A stretch of 64,000 nucleotides of DNA from Thioploca sp. (GCA_030627235.1 DAOUSL010000002.1:366-64365); one strand, 5' to 3'; positions 1-10,333 are shown, counted from the first letter of the stretch. Notes: generated from the sequence alone by a model not told the origin. Made by a program: numbers and translations.

Positions 1-322
1 TAATTCCACTTTTGAAAGTATCAGCACTAATTATGCCTTTTACACTCAATTCATTTGAGGTTTCTTTATTGATAATTTCAGTTTTTTGTTGCAGTGAAGA
101 TATAATTTTTTGATTTTGAGAAATTAATTTATTGTTAGTTTCAGTAAGTTGTTTTATTTCGGTAAGTAATTTTTTATTTTCAGCATGTTGAGTTTCTATT
201 AATTCTCGTGCATATTTAAGCTGGTCAAGAGCTTCTTGGTAGCAATCAAAAGGTGCACATTGTTCAGCAGTTGCTGATAGCGTTGTCAATATTAAAATAA
301 ACCATAATGAAGTTCTTAACAT
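1..322 (-). CDS. hypothetical secreted coiled-coil protein, N-terminal part (gene runs off the left window edge)
   Basis: My own minus-strand translation from the ATG at 322-320: MLRTSLWFILILTTLSATAEQCAPFDCYQEALDQLKYARELIETQHAENKKLLTEIKQLTETNNKLISQNQKII... It has a signal-peptide-like start followed by a coiled-coil-like sequence, and the frame stays open to base 1. Not in the ORF track. Confidence 0.4.
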   Translation of the reverse strand, partial: MLRTSLWFILILTTLSATAEQCAPFDCYQEALDQLKYARELIETQHAENKKLLTEIKQLTETNNKLISQNQKIISSLQQKTEIINKETSNELSVKGIISADTFKSGI

Positions 323-344
323 ATAAATTCCTTAAGTTAAACAA

Positions 345-1355
345 TTATATTTGAATATACCAAAGATTATATAAATAACCAAATTCTAACCAATCCCATA
401 TATAATGCTGAGTTGCATGGTAACCAGCCCCATGTTGAATACAAGCCATTTTAGCAGCCCAAGCTTTTAAATCAATATATACATTTAGAATACGTTTAAT
501 AGGAGTTTTAGGGGTTAGGCTATTCAAAATCTTACATTTTTTTAAATCATAAATAGTAGAATGTTCCCATGTTTCTGGCGGTGCTTCTAGACCAAGTTGC
601 TGATAACAAAACATAGGTTCTGCTATTGAATCAAAATTAGTAGCATTTTCATTTTTTTTAGATTCAATTACAACGTTGCCAGTTGCAGATACCATTGGAA
701 TAGGGATAAGCGGCCCTCCAGTAGCCATCGAAGTAATTTCTAAAGAAAATGGGGCCATTTTAGCAGAAAAACCTTTATTTATTAATTGTTTATTTTGACT
801 AATTGAAGCAACTGTAGTTTCTACCGTACAGTTCATGCGTTCACTAAAATATTTGGATTCGTCTAAAAAACGGCTGATATTTTGTCGGAATTTTTTATGT
901 ATATTAGTGATTTGCACATCAAAATATTTGTTTAGCTGTTGTTTAGAATGTTGTTGCAAAGCATATAAAATTATCTGATCAATTTTAATTAAGCTATTTT
1001 CTATAATTGTTTTTAGTGGCTTATCCAATGCAATTGAATTAATAATTTTATCAATATCCTTGAATAAAAAAATAATTTTGGTTTCAAATAAAGATTTAAG
1101 CATAATTTTAAATTCCGGTTGTAGCTCAGAATTTGTTTGCAGTAAGTTATTTATTATTTTGCCAAAATACAGTTCTGCTTCTGTAGTTATATATTGTTTT
1201 TCTAAATCATCAACCAGTCTTTCGATATCAGATTTAAACCAACAATTTAAACCAGATATGGGTAATTCTGCAGAAATATAACATTCTGTATCAGCATTCA
1301 CATAGGACAAATTGGAAAGAATAGCTATGATTATTGATATTTTAAATATTCGCAT
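345..1355 (-). CDS. hypothetical secreted protein
   Basis: ORF track 345..1412. The internal ATG at 1355 gives MRIFKISIIIAILSNLSYVNA, a signal-peptide-like start. No family recognised. Confidence 0.55.
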   Translation of the reverse strand: MRIFKISIIIAILSNLSYVNADTECYISAELPISGLNCWFKSDIERLVDDLEKQYITTEAELYFGKIINNLLQTNSELQPEFKIMLKSLFETKIIFLFKDIDKIINSIALDKPLKTIIENSLIKIDQIILYALQQHSKQQLNKYFDVQITNIHKKFRQNISRFLDESKYFSERMNCTVETTVASISQNKQLINKGFSAKMAPFSLEITSMATGGPLIPIPMVSATGNVVIESKKNENATNFDSIAEPMFCYQQLGLEAPPETWEHSTIYDLKKCKILNSLTPKTPIKRILNVYIDLKAWAAKMACIQHGAGYHATQHYIWDWLEFGYLYNLWYIQI

Positions 1356-1478
1356 TTTTAAATTATACATGATTAAGAGGTTGTCTGGCAAAACTTCATA
1401 TACATTTTGCAAGAGTAATTATTTAATTTGTGCTATCTGTTTATTATAAAATTTGATAGTTCAGAGTAAAGTTAATAA

Positions 1479-1667
1479 AATTTAACTCGTAAGCAAGCGC
1501 CATATACCAAATCCATTCATGATGTGATGCAATCGGTTGGTCGTGCGATGGATAAATCTGAAGGTAAAAAATATGGTTATATTATTTTGTTAATTGGAGT
1601 TCCAGCAGATATGCCTTCAGAAGAAGCTCTTAAAAATAATCAAAAATATAAAGTTGTATGGTTATAA
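1479..1667 (+). pseudogene. relic of a restriction-type SF2 helicase (motif VI region only)
   Basis: Open 62-codon fragment NLTRKQAPYTKSIHDVMQSVGRAMDKSEGKKYGYIILLIGVPADMPSEEALKNNQKYKVVWL*. QSVGRAMD is a helicase motif VI (QxxGRxxR), and the GKKYGYII..VP....PEEAL....KYKVVW tail is typical of large helicase-methyltransferase (COG4889 / Type ISP-like) enzymes. There is no upstream helicase body and a stop lies immediately 5'. Confidence 0.55.
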
Positions 1668-1791
1668 TAATTTAAGAATAATGTAAATAAAAAAACATTT
1701 TTCTAAAAGATTAATGATACACTGAAAGTTAGTTTGTCAATAAAATTCATACTAAAAACTCTGGTTCTTAATTAATAGCGTACTAAATATT

Positions 1792-3132
1792 ATGTTAAAA
1801 AAATTTACAGTAAATAATTTTTTATCGTTTCAAAAAGAAAATAGCTTAGATTTAACAGCCGGAACAACAGAAGGACATTCTGGACACCTTGTCGATTTTG
1901 AAAAAGTAAAAATATTAAAAAGTGCGGTAATGTATGGAGCTAATGCCTCTGGTAAATCTAATTTAATTAAAGCAATTAAGTATGGTGAAGAAATAATTTT
2001 AAAAGGCTTAAATAATGTTGAAACTTATAAAAAGTATTTTAGGCTTGATAATAATAGCTTAAAAGAACCCACTGAGTTTGAATTTGAATTAGAACTTAAC
2101 AAACAATTTTTTTCATATGGTTTTAGTTCCGTATTAAATACTAAACAAGTCTTGGAAGAATGGTTATATGAAATTGGGAAAGAAAAACCAATAATGATAT
2201 TTGAGCGAAAAAATAATGATATATCATTAGGTAAACCTTTACTAAATCAAAATATTAAAGATAGATTTGAAATATATAAAGAAGATATGAAGAATCAAAA
2301 TAACCAATTATTTCTATCAGAAATTGCAAGTAAGGATTTAGATATTGAGGAAGTGAAAATAATCAATGATATTTATAATTGGTTTGAGGAAAAACTAATA
2401 ATATTATTTCCTAGTACAAAATTTAGTAAAAAACAGTTTATTGGTGAAGATGAAGACTTATCTAAATTATTTAAAAAATACCTTAATGAATTTGATACTG
2501 GGATAATAGATATTAAATCTATTGAAGAAGATTTTGAAATAGGTTTAAAAAATATTCCAGAGACAATGAAAAAAGCCATAGAAGAAAATTCTTTACCAAA
2601 TGAAGAATTTCAATATTCTGTAATAAACACTCCCAATAATGTATTTACAATATACAAAGATGAAAATAATGATTTAAAAGTTCAGAAATTAGGTTTAATA
2701 CATAGCCAAAAATTTAAGGATATATTTGAACTAGAAAATGAGTCAGATGGAACAAGACGACTATTTGATTTAATTCCATTGATTGGAAATTTTTCACAAG
2801 ATTATACAATTATTATAGATGAATTTGATAGAAGTTTGCATCCTAAATTAACAGAAAAATTCTTTGAATTATTTTATCAATTAAATAACTTAAAAACCCA
2901 ATTAATAGTTACTACTCATGAATCTACATTATTAAATTTAGATTTACTTAGAAGAGATGAAATTTGGTTTTTAGATAAGAACGATGATGGAGGTTCAAAT
3001 ATTTTCTCTTTAAATAAATTTACAGACATGTATGATTCTAAATTAGAAAAAGCTTATCTATTAGGAAGGTATGGAGCATTGCCAATATTTAAGAGTTTTA
3101 ATGTTTTTGATGAAATGGATGGAGATAATTAA
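1792..3132 (+). CDS. AAA_15/AAA_21-type ATPase (AbiLi / RloA-like)
   Basis: Walker A YGANASGKSNLIKAI; ESDGTRRLFDLIPLI; Walker B IIIDEFDRSLHP; QLIVTTHESTLLN. The stop codon abuts the start of the RloB-like gene. Confidence 0.8.
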   Translation: MLKKFTVNNFLSFQKENSLDLTAGTTEGHSGHLVDFEKVKILKSAVMYGANASGKSNLIKAIKYGEEIILKGLNNVETYKKYFRLDNNSLKEPTEFEFELELNKQFFSYGFSSVLNTKQVLEEWLYEIGKEKPIMIFERKNNDISLGKPLLNQNIKDRFEIYKEDMKNQNNQLFLSEIASKDLDIEEVKIINDIYNWFEEKLIILFPSTKFSKKQFIGEDEDLSKLFKKYLNEFDTGIIDIKSIEEDFEIGLKNIPETMKKAIEENSLPNEEFQYSVINTPNNVFTIYKDENNDLKVQKLGLIHSQKFKDIFELENESDGTRRLFDLIPLIGNFSQDYTIIIDEFDRSLHPKLTEKFFELFYQLNNLKTQLIVTTHESTLLNLDLLRRDEIWFLDKNDDGGSNIFSLNKFTDMYDSKLEKAYLLGRYGALPIFKSFNVFDEMDGDN

Positions 3133-3834
3133 ATGGGTTTTAAAGATAGGTCTTTTGAACAACCTGATTATACCGAAAAGGAACAAATACCTGAAAGAGC
3201 AATCATCATTTCTTGTGAAGGAAAAAACACAGAACCTCAATATTTTAAAATTATAAAAGATAAATTTTCTGATCATATGTCCGCCTTACTTGAAATAAAG
3301 ATAGTACCAAGAGATACCAAAAGTGCTCCCAAATATGTTTTATCTGATTTACAAGGTTTTATTGAAGAGAAATATGATTGTAAAAAAGGTCATGACCAAA
3401 TGTGGCTTGTTTTAGATCGAGAAAAAACACAAGACAGGAAACAAGCAATACTTGATATATTACCTGAATGTAAAGAAAAATATTATAATATTGCATTGAC
3501 AAATCCAGCATTTGAATTTTGGTTATTGCTTCATGTAGTTAATATTCAAAACTATAATGAAAATGATTTATTTCAAAATATAAAAATAAACAACAGTAAA
3601 AGATTTTTAGAAAAACAACTCTCAGACGAATTGGGTGGATATAACAAATCTAATTTAAACCCAAATATAGTAACTGAAGAAAACATAAAAAGAGCATTAA
3701 AACAGGAACAGTTATTTGAAAATGATTTAGAAAATATAATTGATAATTTGGGTTCAAATGTTGGTGATTTAGTTAAAGAAATATTGCCATCCTTCATAAC
3801 CTTGAATACAAAACCAGTTTCAAAGATGATTTAA
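3133..3834 (+). CDS. RloB-like (Toprim-like) protein, AbiLii-like partner of the ATPase
   Basis: IIISCEGKNTEPQYFKII near the N-terminus, WLVLDREK, and IALTNPAFEFWLLLH match the RloB family hallmarks as I remember them. The ATG at 3133 directly follows the ATPase TAA at 3130-3132. Confidence 0.75.
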   Translation: MGFKDRSFEQPDYTEKEQIPERAIIISCEGKNTEPQYFKIIKDKFSDHMSALLEIKIVPRDTKSAPKYVLSDLQGFIEEKYDCKKGHDQMWLVLDREKTQDRKQAILDILPECKEKYYNIALTNPAFEFWLLLHVVNIQNYNENDLFQNIKINNSKRFLEKQLSDELGGYNKSNLNPNIVTEENIKRALKQEQLFENDLENIIDNLGSNVGDLVKEILPSFITLNTKPVSKMI

Positions 3835-3847
3835 AAAAGATGCTTCC

Positions 3848-3900
3848 AACTCGTAAGTTGTATAAGCGAAACGTCATACACTAAATCAATCCATGATGTG
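3848..3900 (+). pseudogene. second, frameshifted relic of the same helicase segment
   Basis: AACTCGTAAG ... TACACTAAATCAATCCATGATGTG repeats the string at 1484-1526. It again encodes YTKSIHDV, but with 4 synonymous differences and a 10-nt length difference that breaks the frame. Confidence 0.45.
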
Positions 3901-3940
3901 GTGAGGAAACTAACTGCATCAATCATGTTGCTACACAATT

Positions 3941-3969
3941 GATGCAATTCCCTTCGTTCATTACATCCC
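3941..3969 (+). repeat. degenerate single REP (half of the 63-nt REP doublet)
   Basis: GATGCAATTCCCTTCGTTCATTACATCC matches the second hairpin of the element at 11524-11586 with one substitution. The GTAG head is degenerate. Confidence 0.5.
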
Positions 3970-4109
3970 TTTCTATATTTTTGTAAGAATGTTACTATAT
4001 CAATATATTAGTTAACATTTGAAATGATATTATTATCAAATAAAAACTAGAAAAATAAGCTATCTACCCTTATTTAATATGCACAATATTTATAACTAAA
4101 GGATTTTTT

Positions 4110-5330
4110 ATGAAACCTAATTCTAAAATATCTAAAGAGCATGGTGGCTGTTTGATACGAGCATTTTCCTCTTTTATGTGGACGGCAGCTATTATAATTT
4201 TACTATTTGTTATCTCAATGTTTGGTAGGCAATGGTATGATAGTTTAACAGAGTTGCTAGATTATAATAAAGTTGTACATTCGGATGGCTCAATAATAAA
4301 AACTGGAGTCCATTCTCAAGTTACTCCCCAAATTACATTAGTTTATGAAAATAAAAATGGCAAGAAGGTACGAGTAATAGCAGATGCTAAAGAATATTCT
4401 ATATTTGTTAATCAACAAGTTGCCAATTTAGAAATTGCTAAGAGCCGATTGCATAAACAGATGAAACAACTGTTAAATACTAGATTGACCACAGTATTTG
4501 ATACTATGAGTGATCGCATTGATAGGTTTGCTGACTGGTATTTTGCTTATACTACAACTTATAAAATTTTATGGGAAGCAAGCACTTCGGCTACTAGACA
4601 TACTTTTAGTACTGAAGCCTCAACGATATCTGAAGCTGTTTCAATAGATGTAGAAAAATACTTACATAAACATTATGAAAATATAGTTTTACGGCCAGAA
4701 ATTACTGATCCACAATTACAATATGTTTATCGAGATACTATTAAAGAAATTCATAGTGACTATGTTAAAGAATTAGCCAATATGCAAACTGATTTTCAGG
4801 TATTTGTAGCAAAATACACCACTCATCTTGATACTCCATCCACTATTGATTCCGAATTAGTATTAGATTGGAATAGCCAATTCAATAAAATTAATATGGC
4901 AGAATATGAAAAAGGACCAAAAGGAGCAGCATTAGGAGCTGCATTAGCTGCCAGTGGTGCAGTAACTGGTAAAGTAGTTGCAGGAACTGCTGGTAAAACT
5001 ATTGTTGGTAAAGCCGTAAGTACTGGTATATTTACTAAATTGGCTGCTCCATTTGTGTCTAAAGCAGTATTAGCTGGAACTGGAGGTGCTATAGGTAGTT
5101 TAGGTGGCCCTTTGGGAACTATTATAGGTGCTGTTGGTGGTATTAGCATTGATTATGCTATTAATGAAGGCATGGAACTTACCCAAAGGAATGCTTTTAT
5201 AATTGATGTTGAAACTGCAATTAATACTACTCAAGCTGAATGGGAAAAAGAAATGTTAAATTCATTACAAAATACTATTGACATTTGGATGGAAGATACT
5301 ATTCAGTTATTACCACGTTATGAAACATAA
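4110..5330 (+). CDS. hypothetical membrane protein with a C-terminal Gly/Ala-rich (glycine-zipper-like) region
   Basis: N-terminal TM segment (WTAAIIILLFVISMF); later GAALGAALAASGAVTGKVVAGTAGK...GGAIGSLGGPLGTIIGAVGG. No family recognised. Confidence 0.5.
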   Translation: MKPNSKISKEHGGCLIRAFSSFMWTAAIIILLFVISMFGRQWYDSLTELLDYNKVVHSDGSIIKTGVHSQVTPQITLVYENKNGKKVRVIADAKEYSIFVNQQVANLEIAKSRLHKQMKQLLNTRLTTVFDTMSDRIDRFADWYFAYTTTYKILWEASTSATRHTFSTEASTISEAVSIDVEKYLHKHYENIVLRPEITDPQLQYVYRDTIKEIHSDYVKELANMQTDFQVFVAKYTTHLDTPSTIDSELVLDWNSQFNKINMAEYEKGPKGAALGAALAASGAVTGKVVAGTAGKTIVGKAVSTGIFTKLAAPFVSKAVLAGTGGAIGSLGGPLGTIIGAVGGISIDYAINEGMELTQRNAFIIDVETAINTTQAEWEKEMLNSLQNTIDIWMEDTIQLLPRYET

Positions 5331-5449
5331 TTGGTATATTCAAGAAATAATTATATGAATTAACATATGATTCTAAATATTTATCATCAATACCAGTTTT
5401 TACCAGAAAACTGGTTATTTTGAAGTTAATAACATCTAAAATAATAATA

Positions 5450-6046
5450 ATGTCTAATAAAAATAATATTACTGGTGTTATCCTCGCTGGCGGACATGCC
5501 AAACGTATGAATGGGGAAGATAAAGGCCTGCTATTGATTAACAATAAATGTATGATTGAATATGTTATAGATACTATATCTCCCCAAGTTGATAATTTAT
5601 TAATTAGTGCTAATCGTAATCAGGAACGCTATTATCAATTGACTAATAGTCCAATATTATCCGATAATGCTGGTTATTATTATGGCCCTTTAGCCGGAAT
5701 TGCTATAGCTTTAGAAAATGCTTCCACAGATTATGTCTTATCTGTTCCTTGTGACGCTCCAGCAGTAAGCTCGGAATTAGCAGAACGCTTATATACTGGT
5801 TTAATGCAAAGTGGCGGTAAAATAAGCGTAGCACATGATGGAAAAAATATTCAACCAACATTTTGTTTAATGAAATGTAGTTTATTAACTGATTTATTAG
5901 CATTTTTTAAAATGGATGAACGTAGTGTTCGTCGTTTCTTACAACGCCATTCGGCAACTCAGGTAGATTTTTCTGATCTTGCAGATAGTTTTTTAAATAT
6001 TAATACAACAGAAGAACTTACTATTTACGAAAAGAATAATCGATGA
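5450..6046 (+). CDS. mobA: molybdenum cofactor guanylyltransferase
   Basis: ITGVILAGGHAKRMNGEDKGLL is the MobA N-terminal motif. The ATG at 5450 is preferred over the TTG at 5420. The 3' end overlaps mobB by 4 nt. Confidence 0.85.
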   Translation: MSNKNNITGVILAGGHAKRMNGEDKGLLLINNKCMIEYVIDTISPQVDNLLISANRNQERYYQLTNSPILSDNAGYYYGPLAGIAIALENASTDYVLSVPCDAPAVSSELAERLYTGLMQSGGKISVAHDGKNIQPTFCLMKCSLLTDLLAFFKMDERSVRRFLQRHSATQVDFSDLADSFLNINTTEELTIYEKNNR

Positions 6047-6558
6047 CTATTCCGATTTTAGGTTTTGTCGCCTATAGTGGTACTGGCAAAACAACATTAT
6101 TATTAAAGATCATTCCTTTATTGAAGCAAAAGAATATTCGTATCGGCATGATCAAACATACTCATCATAAAAAGTTTGATATAGATCATCCTGGTAAAGA
6201 TAGTTATCGTTTGCGACAAGCTGGAGCTGAACAGATGTTGGTTGCTTCTGGGAAGCGTTGGGCTTTAATGGTAGAAATGGAAGATAAACTTGAAGAGCCT
6301 AATTTGGAACATTTATTAGCTCATTTAAATCAGGAACAATTAGATTTAATTTTAGTTGAAGGCTTTAAGCACGAAAAGTTTCCTAAAATTGAGGTTCATC
6401 GTCCTAGTTTAGGTAAGTCATTATTATTTCCTGATGACGAATCCATAGTTGCTGTAGTTTGTGATGAACCTTCCTTAATAACAACTAATTTACCAATATT
6501 TGATATGAATGAGCCATTGCCAATAGTAAAATTTATTGAAAAGTATTTAGATACTTAA
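6043..6558 (+). CDS. mobB: molybdopterin-guanine dinucleotide biosynthesis adapter protein
   Basis: GFVAYSGTGKTTLLLKIIPLL P-loop; MIKHTHH; HPGKDSYRLRQAGA. Confidence 0.85.
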   Translation: MTIPILGFVAYSGTGKTTLLLKIIPLLKQKNIRIGMIKHTHHKKFDIDHPGKDSYRLRQAGAEQMLVASGKRWALMVEMEDKLEEPNLEHLLAHLNQEQLDLILVEGFKHEKFPKIEVHRPSLGKSLLFPDDESIVAVVCDEPSLITTNLPIFDMNEPLPIVKFIEKYLDT

Positions 6559-6585
6559 ATTATTAAAATTTTATCCATATTATAA

Positions 6586-6626
6586 AACCTAGCAATATTT
6601 GATAGTATTTATCAAAATGCTAGGTT
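6586..6626. terminator. long hairpin between convergent genes (candidate bidirectional terminator)
   Basis: AACCTAGCA (6586-6594) pairs with TGCTAGGTT (6618-6626), with an inner ATTTGATA / TATCAAAAT stem. It lies between the mobB stop and the stop of the 6664..7113 gene. Confidence 0.4.
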
Positions 6627-6663
6627 GTGTTGGACATGGCTTATTTAGGATATAACGCTTGAT

Positions 6664-7113
6664 CTATTTTAAATTTTTAGCAATTTCTTGCATTTTATTA
6701 ATCAAATCATTGATAGAAGTCATCTGTTGTTCATGACTAGACATAATTTTTGGCTGGATTATAACCTGTCGTTTTAATCTAGTAATTGCTTCCATAACCT
6801 GTTTAATATGTATTGCAAGTTTAGATGAGTTAGTTAACTGTTTTACATCGGTTTCAGCTTGATTAAGTTTGGCTAAAAATGCTTGTTTCTGATATTTCTT
6901 AGTATTTTCTATTTTATTAAAACGGTGGTTTTCTTCTTTAGAAGCTTTTTGATAATTTCTAATTTGGTTTAAATAACTACCTTGTTCTCCAACTTGTCTT
7001 TCATAAGCATCATTATTAAATCGATAAAATCGGCTATCTATCCCAATAGTATCTGGTTTAGTAGTACAATTAGTAATTGCAATTAACCATATTCCATAAA
7101 TAATCCAACGCAT
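6664..7113 (-). CDS. hypothetical secreted or lipoprotein-like coiled-coil protein
   Basis: MRWIIYGIWLIAITNC is a signal-like start (atypical lipobox); the rest is charged and helical. Confidence 0.45.
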   Translation of the reverse strand: MRWIIYGIWLIAITNCTTKPDTIGIDSRFYRFNNDAYERQVGEQGSYLNQIRNYQKASKEENHRFNKIENTKKYQKQAFLAKLNQAETDVKQLTNSSKLAIHIKQVMEAITRLKRQVIIQPKIMSSHEQQMTSINDLINKMQEIAKNLK

Positions 7114-7195
7114 AAATCCCTCTATAATTATCAGTTACTATTGAAGTCCAAATCTAATCTTGAGATAGATAAAAAATTTGAACTTCAAATAAATG

Positions 7196-10100
7196 CTATT
7201 TTACAAATTTAACATTTTTAATACCAGCATAACCTTCCGCTCTCCAAATTTGGTCGGAGGCTAATACTGTACCATTATTGTTATATATGCAAGTTTCTAA
7301 ATGTTCTAGTAATATTGGTTCTTGTTCAGGAGTTAATTGATAAACATTACAACCTAGTTCTTGTTGAGGAAGAATAGATGATCTTACCATTGGAGCATCA
7401 TAATACCACCAATAATTATTAGTATTTACCAAAATAAGTCCATCAGTTGCAACTTGTAAATTAATCCGTCCTGGTAAAGTCCAGCTACCAACTTCAACAA
7501 AACCTTTATCAGTTGGATTCAATTGAATTATCTTGGTAACTGGAGAAAATTCTTCTATATCAATATTATCTGCTTCTTTAGAATCTCTTGTAGATTTTAC
7601 AGAAATTTCCTCTTCAACTGAAACTGTTTCGTCAGGCATTGTTTCTAAAAAGATTGGCCCTTCTGGTTCAGTTATAACATTAGGTTCATTTTGACAGATT
7701 GCATACAATGTATTAGTAGCCCATTTAAAAGAAGTATAACCATCACATGACATATTATAACTATCTGATAATACAGCATTATTTGATTTTAAAGTTAATA
7801 AGTTCAAACGTTGTTGTCTATCTTCATTCATCTCTTGAGTAATTAATAAACCAGATTTGGTAATTGCTAATGGCGAACCAGGAATTGAACGAGTTGCAGA
7901 TTCAACAGGTTTATCTGCTTGTAAATCCCAGCTTCGTAATATCCATTGTGACTGCCAATAATCTTGTTCTGGCAACGGTAAGATCATATTAGGATTCTGT
8001 TTGAAAGAACGTTGTTCTGCAAGATAAAACCATCCGTCATGTAATAAAGGAGGACGACGATCATACCATATCTCATCATCAATTAGTTCAGAAGTTTTTT
8101 CTTGTTTATTATCGGTTTTTTCAGATAGTTCAAGCTGTTGTGGAGTAAATAATTGTTCGGTATTTTTATCAAACACTTGTATTTCCAGTGGTTCATAGTT
8201 ATTATAAAATACCACCATATCTTCATCCATGATTAAATCATTATAGCTTTTTGGCAATAACCAACTCTGTTCTGGAGTTTCTAAATTGTCAGTATCATAG
8301 CGATAAAAACGATGATATCCGCCCCTATTGCCGATAGAAGCAGTCCACAATTTTTCATTTTGGAGTTTTAACCAGGTTAAATTGGTAGCTAATTCTAATT
8401 CACCTAATATTTCTGGTTTTTTATCAATTCCCCAACGTAAAGTAACTAAAGATTGATTACCTAACCCTGCTAATACATCAGAATCAAGCATTAAACTACG
8501 TTGAATTTCTGTTGGGATAGGTAATAAACCAACATCTTTAAGTTTATCATCAGCAAATGAAACTATTTGTAAATTACTACCACCATTTGTTTCCCATGAG
8601 TTTATTGGTAAAGCAGCAAAGGCATCTTGCCAATTTAATAATAAAGCTCTTTCATCATCTAATGCTGGTGACCAACTATAAGCAACTTGACCAACCAAAG
8701 GAGTTATACGATTTATTAAAGTTGGTTTGGTTGGGTCTTCAACATTAAACAAAGAAACAGCTACTCGTCTAGCTCTTTTTACATCTTCATCTTCTTTAGC
8801 TTCATCATCCATACCAACTGCAAATAAACGATCTTCATGGAAAAATAGTTTTTCTGACCAACCAGGAATTATTAATTCACCAAGTATCGTGGGATTAGAA
8901 GAATCACTGAGGTCGATAACCCATAAAGGATCAGTACGTTCATAAGTTACTACAAAAGCCCGATCATCAACAAATCGAGTAGCAAATAGACCTTCTCCAG
9001 GAGCTATTTTATCAACTTGACCAGCTAAAGTAACTTTTTCTGGACTTAAATTATAAATAGCCAAAGTACTACCATCAGTACGATCTTCTGGGCCATAAAC
9101 AACTCTTAATTGTTGATTTAATATGCTTAAATGAAATTCTGAAGGAACTTGACCAGGAACTTTAATTAATGGTAATTTTACCAGTGGGTCAGATTGAGTT
9201 AAATCAAATACTTGAATCTGGGTAGTTTGCCATTTATCTTCTTCTGGATTATGATTAGCAATTACTAAATTATCAGAGAAAATTGCTATTTGTGGAGAAT
9301 AACCTGGAATCTCAGCTTCATCAACTGCTTCTAATTTTCCAGTATCTTTTAATTCTAATACATTGATAGATAAAATATTTCTATTAGGAATATATGCTGT
9401 AATACAAACTTCACATATTTCATCAGTTAAATTATAATCATATTGCTCACTAACACTATAAATATAATTCCCTCTTCGTCGTGACTCAATAAATCTTCCC
9501 TGTATAGTTATTTCATCTATTTTATTCAAGATATTACCAGTACCTGATTGTAAAACTATTAATTCAGTTGTTGCTTCGTTATAGTTAACCTGTAACAATA
9601 TATAGTAATCATCTATCACATAAAGCTCTTTAGGATTACCAGATAAAGCAATTGAACCAATTAAACTTGGATTAGAAACATCTGATACATCAATTACTTG
9701 AAATCTTTTCGCTGCTTCATTAGCATATAATAATTTATCACCAACTAGACGAAAAATATCAGGTTTTTCAGTTTGTACAGTACTACCATCATCAGACTCT
9801 GGAGCAAAAGATTCAGTTAAAGATGGTTGAGCAGATTCATCAGCGACCATATCAATGTCATCTTTTGACACACGATAATTATTTACATAATCATTTGGTA
9901 GAAAAAATTGTTGCCCTGGTAGACGTTCTTTACTAGCTTCTAAGCTTAAAGGTAATAGAGTAGAAGCCTGCCATAAGTCAGTATCAATTGGATTTTCATT
10001 AGCTCCTACTGCTATCAATGCTAAAAAACACCGTTGATTTTCTGGGCAAGATTCGTTAAAATCAGCTACTTTAAATGATTTAAAAGGATTTATATCAATA

Positions 10101-10333
10101 GCATTAGAATATGGTACTAAACCTTTTTTCCATTTTGATGATGAAACTAATGATTTAAATTCATTGGAATCTAAATTGAACCATACCAAATATACATCTA
10201 CATTATTTAAGTTCTGGTCATTACTAACAATGATTTGTGTATTAATATCAGTAGATTCTAAATTCAATTGTAAAGCTTGAACTGAAAAGCTTAATAAAAT
10301 AATTCCATATAAAAAGGAACGTAAAACTAACAT
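7196..10333 (-). CDS. secreted beta-propeller domain protein (Beta_propel family-like)
   Basis: Signal peptide MLVLRSFLYGIILLSFSVQA. ATRFVDDRAFVVTYERTDPLWVIDLSDSSNPTILGELIIPGWSEKLFFHED matches the conserved core of the bacterial/archaeal Beta_propel domain as I remember it. Confidence 0.65.
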   Translation of the reverse strand: MLVLRSFLYGIILLSFSVQALQLNLESTDINTQIIVSNDQNLNNVDVYLVWFNLDSNEFKSLVSSSKWKKGLVPYSNAIDINPFKSFKVADFNESCPENQRCFLALIAVGANENPIDTDLWQASTLLPLSLEASKERLPGQQFFLPNDYVNNYRVSKDDIDMVADESAQPSLTESFAPESDDGSTVQTEKPDIFRLVGDKLLYANEAAKRFQVIDVSDVSNPSLIGSIALSGNPKELYVIDDYYILLQVNYNEATTELIVLQSGTGNILNKIDEITIQGRFIESRRRGNYIYSVSEQYDYNLTDEICEVCITAYIPNRNILSINVLELKDTGKLEAVDEAEIPGYSPQIAIFSDNLVIANHNPEEDKWQTTQIQVFDLTQSDPLVKLPLIKVPGQVPSEFHLSILNQQLRVVYGPEDRTDGSTLAIYNLSPEKVTLAGQVDKIAPGEGLFATRFVDDRAFVVTYERTDPLWVIDLSDSSNPTILGELIIPGWSEKLFFHEDRLFAVGMDDEAKEDEDVKRARRVAVSLFNVEDPTKPTLINRITPLVGQVAYSWSPALDDERALLLNWQDAFAALPINSWETNGGSNLQIVSFADDKLKDVGLLPIPTEIQRSLMLDSDVLAGLGNQSLVTLRWGIDKKPEILGELELATNLTWLKLQNEKLWTASIGNRGGYHRFYRYDTDNLETPEQSWLLPKSYNDLIMDEDMVVFYNNYEPLEIQVFDKNTEQLFTPQQLELSEKTDNKQEKTSELIDDEIWYDRRPPLLHDGWFYLAEQRSFKQNPNMILPLPEQDYWQSQWILRSWDLQADKPVESATRSIPGSPLAITKSGLLITQEMNEDRQQRLNLLTLKSNNAVLSDSYNMSCDGYTSFKWATNTLYAICQNEPNVITEPEGPIFLETMPDETVSVEEEISVKSTRDSKEADNIDIEEFSPVTKIIQLNPTDKGFVEVGSWTLPGRINLQVATDGLILVNTNNYWWYYDAPMVRSSILPQQELGCNVYQLTPEQEPILLEHLETCIYNNNGTVLASDQIWRAEGYAGIKNVKFVK

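Noticed and set aside
5299-5544. 81-aa minus-strand ORF spanning the gap between the 406-aa gene and mobA
   Set aside because: It overlaps the ends of two better-supported plus-strand genes, and its sequence is low-complexity with no motifs.
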